A stretch of DNA of 64,000 nucleotides. Source: an uncultured Verrucomicrobiae bacterium. GTDB lineage: Bacteria; Verrucomicrobiota; Verrucomicrobiia; Chthoniobacterales; UBA10450. The notes beneath the pieces were generated by a model that saw only the letters and a program-made list of their open reading frames with translations, was not told the origin of the DNA and did no database searches. Each line of letters opens with the position of its first letter. Position 1 is the stretch's first letter. The DNA is taken from the NCBI GenBank assembly GCA_963834385.1, contig CAWIBO010000002.1, positions 1,248,001 through 1,312,000 on the forward strand, written 5' to 3'. The translations under genes were made by a program, and so were the position numbers. Below are positions 61,471 to 64,000 of the stretch, piece after piece.

Positions 61471-63198
61471 GTGGAACGACGGGAGTTCCTGCGTCGCTGG
61501 GGACTGCGCCTGGGGATCGTCTTTCTCCTGGTGGCCTTGGGATTGATCGCGGCCGAGACCGGCCGGTCCGTGCACCGGCGGCAGATGGCCCACCAGGCGC
61601 GAGTCTACCTGGAGGCGGGCGAAACAACGCGGGCCGCCGATCTCGCGCACACTCTGCTGCGTGCCGACGAAAAAAACGTGGCTGCCTGTCGAGTCCTGGC
61701 TGAGCTGGCCGAGCGTGCGAATACCGCCGAGGCGGTGACGTGGCGGAAACGAATTTTTCATCTGGAACCCGGACGCGCTGATAACCATCTCGACCTGGCC
61801 GCGGTCTCCCTGCGTTTTAATCAGATCGACCTGGCCCGGCACGCCCTGGAAGCACTGCCCGCCACCTTCCGCGCGTCCGTCCGATTTCAGGCGCTGGCGG
61901 CTGAGCTGGCCCTGGCCACCGCCAACCCTGCGGCTGCCGAACATCATTTTGCCCAGGCGCTCGCCCAGGAGCCGGAAAATGTGCGGTATCAGGTCGGGCT
62001 GGCCCGGCTTCAATTGGCGGCGCCAAACCGGCAAAAGTCCGGGGAAGCGCGCGGGACGCTGCGCCGGCTGACAGCCGACAAACGGGTGCGGACGGAAGCG
62101 TTACGAGCCCTGGCTGGGGAGGCGCTGGAGGGCCGGCGATTCGCGGAAGCTCGAAGCCTGGCCACCGCCCTGAAGGAGGAACGGGACAGCTCATTCGACG
62201 ATACCCTGCTCCTGCTGGAAGCTGCACACCGCTCGGGAGGAACCTCGGAGGTGCTCCCGGCCGCGAAAGCCGAGGCCGGCCGGAGTTGCCGCGAGGCGGC
62301 CCGCCTGATCTCCTGGTTGAACCAGCACGTTATGATGAGCGAAGCGCTCGAGTGGTCGGCGTTGCTTCCGCCGGAGGTGGCACAGGAACCCGTGGTGCGC
62401 CTGGCGCTGGCCGAATCTTATGGCATCCGTCGCGACTGGCGTGGTTTGCAAACATTCTGTCTCGACCAGGACTGGGGTGAAGGGGAGGCGGCGCGGCTGG
62501 CCGTCCTGAGCCATGCTCATCGCCGGCTGGGCGGAAAGGATCGGGCGACGCCGGAAGCAGACACTTTCTGGCGCGCGGCCGTCCAGCAGGCGGCTGACCA
62601 GCCTGCCCGATTGCTCCTCCTCGCGGAACTGGCGGATGGATGGGACTACGCCGAGGAGGCCGAGGCTGCCTACTGGTCGGCGGCAGCCGCAAGTTCACAG
62701 ACCAGGCAGGTCCTGACGGCTCTGGAACGGTTCTATCGGAAGCGTCAAAACACGCATGGTCTTCTGCGCGTGGCCCGGCGTTTATGCGAGGTGGACCCGG
62801 GCGATCTTGCCGCGGCCAACAAGGCGGCCACGCTGGGTCTTCTCCTCATGGGCGACGTCTCGTCGCGGCGCCTGGCCGCGCGGATGCACCAGCAAAACCC
62901 GCAGAATGCCGCCTTCGCCTGCACCCATGCCTTTGCCTTGTTGAAACAGGGGCGGGTGGGAGACGCCCTGCAGGTGATGGAAGCGTTGCCACCCTCCCTG
63001 CTCCGGCAGCCGCCTCAGGCCGCCTACTATGTGATGATGCTGGTGGAGGACGAGCAGTTCGAGCGCGCGGGCGAACTCCTGCCCCTGGCCCGGCAGGCTG
63101 AACTTCTGCCGGAGGAACAACAACTCCTGCTCGCGGCCAGCCGCAAGATCGCGGAACGAGCCCCGGCGAAACCAGCCACCGAACTCGCCAAATCGTAA
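61471..63198 (+). CDS. Membrane-anchored tetratricopeptide-repeat protein; start uncertain
   Basis: N-terminal TM LGIVFLLVALGLIAA, then Ala/Leu-rich helical repeats (AEHHFAQALAQEPEN, LCEVDPGDLAAAN, MHQQNPQN). Confidence 0.8.
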   Translation: MERREFLRRWGLRLGIVFLLVALGLIAAETGRSVHRRQMAHQARVYLEAGETTRAADLAHTLLRADEKNVAACRVLAELAERANTAEAVTWRKRIFHLEPGRADNHLDLAAVSLRFNQIDLARHALEALPATFRASVRFQALAAELALATANPAAAEHHFAQALAQEPENVRYQVGLARLQLAAPNRQKSGEARGTLRRLTADKRVRTEALRALAGEALEGRRFAEARSLATALKEERDSSFDDTLLLLEAAHRSGGTSEVLPAAKAEAGRSCREAARLISWLNQHVMMSEALEWSALLPPEVAQEPVVRLALAESYGIRRDWRGLQTFCLDQDWGEGEAARLAVLSHAHRRLGGKDRATPEADTFWRAAVQQAADQPARLLLLAELADGWDYAEEAEAAYWSAAAASSQTRQVLTALERFYRKRQNTHGLLRVARRLCEVDPGDLAAANKAATLGLLLMGDVSSRRLAARMHQQNPQNAAFACTHAFALLKQGRVGDALQVMEALPPSLLRQPPQAAYYVMMLVEDEQFERAGELLPLARQAELLPEEQQLLLAASRKIAERAPAKPATELAKS

Positions 63199-63387
63199 GG
63201 GAGGGACCGGGACGGGCTGGCCCGGCCCGGGGATTTTCTCAGTCCTGGGAGTCCGGAACCCGATTGGCGCGCTGATTGAGAAAGAGAAACGTGGTCCCGG
63301 ATTTCAGTCGGCACGCGCGAGGGCAGAAAACACGGGCTGCTACGGAAATTAGAGCCGGTCCGGGCCGCTTTCGGGCGCGGAAAACAA

Positions 63388-63403
63388 GGGCATGGAAGTA
63401 GCT
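63388..63403 (+). promoter_or_regulatory. sigma54-like box upstream of the PAS kinase
   Basis: GGGCATGGAAGTAGCT, GG-N10-GC, 17 nt before ATG 63421. Confidence 0.5.
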
Positions 63404-63420
63404 GTTTCTTCGCATGTCTT

Positions 63421-64000
63421 ATGGCCGGATCTGCGAGGGAACGGTCAAAGGCTCCAGGGAAACAAACTGTGTTCGCACAATACGAGGGTCCACCATTTGC
63501 CAACGCCATCCAAAATGAAGACACGCAAGCTCCGCTTCCCGTCACTGCACCAGGGCCCGGCCCGGAATATTCTGCGCTTGTCGCGCGGGCTACGAATGAT
63601 GCTGTTCGGGATTGGGATGTAACCAGCGGCAGGCTGAACTGGCCGCAGGGCCTGCGCGAGCTCTTTGGGTTCGATCCCGCGGCGGTTGAGCCGGCCATCG
63701 GTTTCTGGCAGCAGCGCCTGCACCCGGAAGACCGGGCCCGCGCTGCCGCCGCCATCCGCGATGCGGTCAAGGGCGAGGCCGGGCATTGGTCGGGCGAATA
63801 TCGTTTCCGGGCCGCGAACGGCACCTATCTGCAAATCCTGGAACGGGCCTGCATCCAACGGGATGAGAAAGGCCGGGCAGTCCGGTTTGTGGGTTCCCTC
63901 ATGGATATCACGGCGCGCCGGCAACTCCAGGAACAGGTCTGCCGTTCGCAGAGAATGGAGGCATTCGGCCAGCTGGCCGGCGGGGTGGCGCACGACCTGA
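63421..64000 (+). CDS. PAS-domain sensor histidine kinase, truncated by the window end (absent from the ORF track)
   Basis: Open frame from ATG 63421: [34 protein letters not shown] (PAS/PAC), then [17 protein letters not shown] (HisKA H-box). Confidence 0.9.
   Translation, partial: MAGSARERSKAPGKQTVFAQYEGPPFANAIQNEDTQAPLPVTAPGPGPEYSALVARATNDAVRDWDVTSGRLNWPQGLRELFGFDPAAVEPAIGFWQQRLHPEDRARAAAAIRDAVKGEAGHWSGEYRFRAANGTYLQILERACIQRDEKGRAVRFVGSLMDITARRQLQEQVCRSQRMEAFGQLAGGVAHDL

Noticed and set aside
63392..63622. Short ORFs 63392-63622 and 63665-64000 suggesting a third frameshift
   Set aside because: A continuous frame from ATG 63421 encodes the PAS kinase to the window end, so no frameshift is needed.

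Overview
High-GC bacterial chromosome segment. Gene content and protein style suggest Verrucomicrobiota (Chthoniobacterales-like); this is inference only. Bases 1-32.6 kb are mostly housekeeping: ABC ATPase, scpA, rodA, rhomboid, glnE, rho, yebC, typA, cdsA-dxr-rseP-ispG, tdh/kbl, folP-cdaA, rnr and ppdK. Two intergenic regions there carry REP-type repeats. Bases 32.6-64 kb are a cell-surface glycan locus: a GT-C transferase, an O-antigen-ligase/TPR protein, a WcaJ-like priming transferase, a ~20 kb Wzx/Wzy EPS operon (11 GTs, 2 acyltransferases, 1 methyltransferase, Wzc, Wza-like, OM beta-barrel), a tandem jelly-roll secreted protein, a PEP-CTERM protein, a TPR protein and a PAS histidine kinase that runs off the window. 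The most notable observations are: (1) five exactly spaced sigma54-like -24/-12 boxes in front of transcription units of the glycan/PEP-CTERM locus; (2) a rhomboid lacking its catalytic His; (3) a 48-aa TM-only CdaR-like ORF overlapping cdaA; (4) a circularly permuted ATP-grasp ligase next to an M29 peptidase; (5) recurrent leaderless promoter architecture; (6) two frameshifts (ppdK and the GT-C gene) that may be assembly errors. I found no rRNA, tRNA, CRISPR array, transposase or phage gene. All calls come from motif reading by eye; no searches were run.
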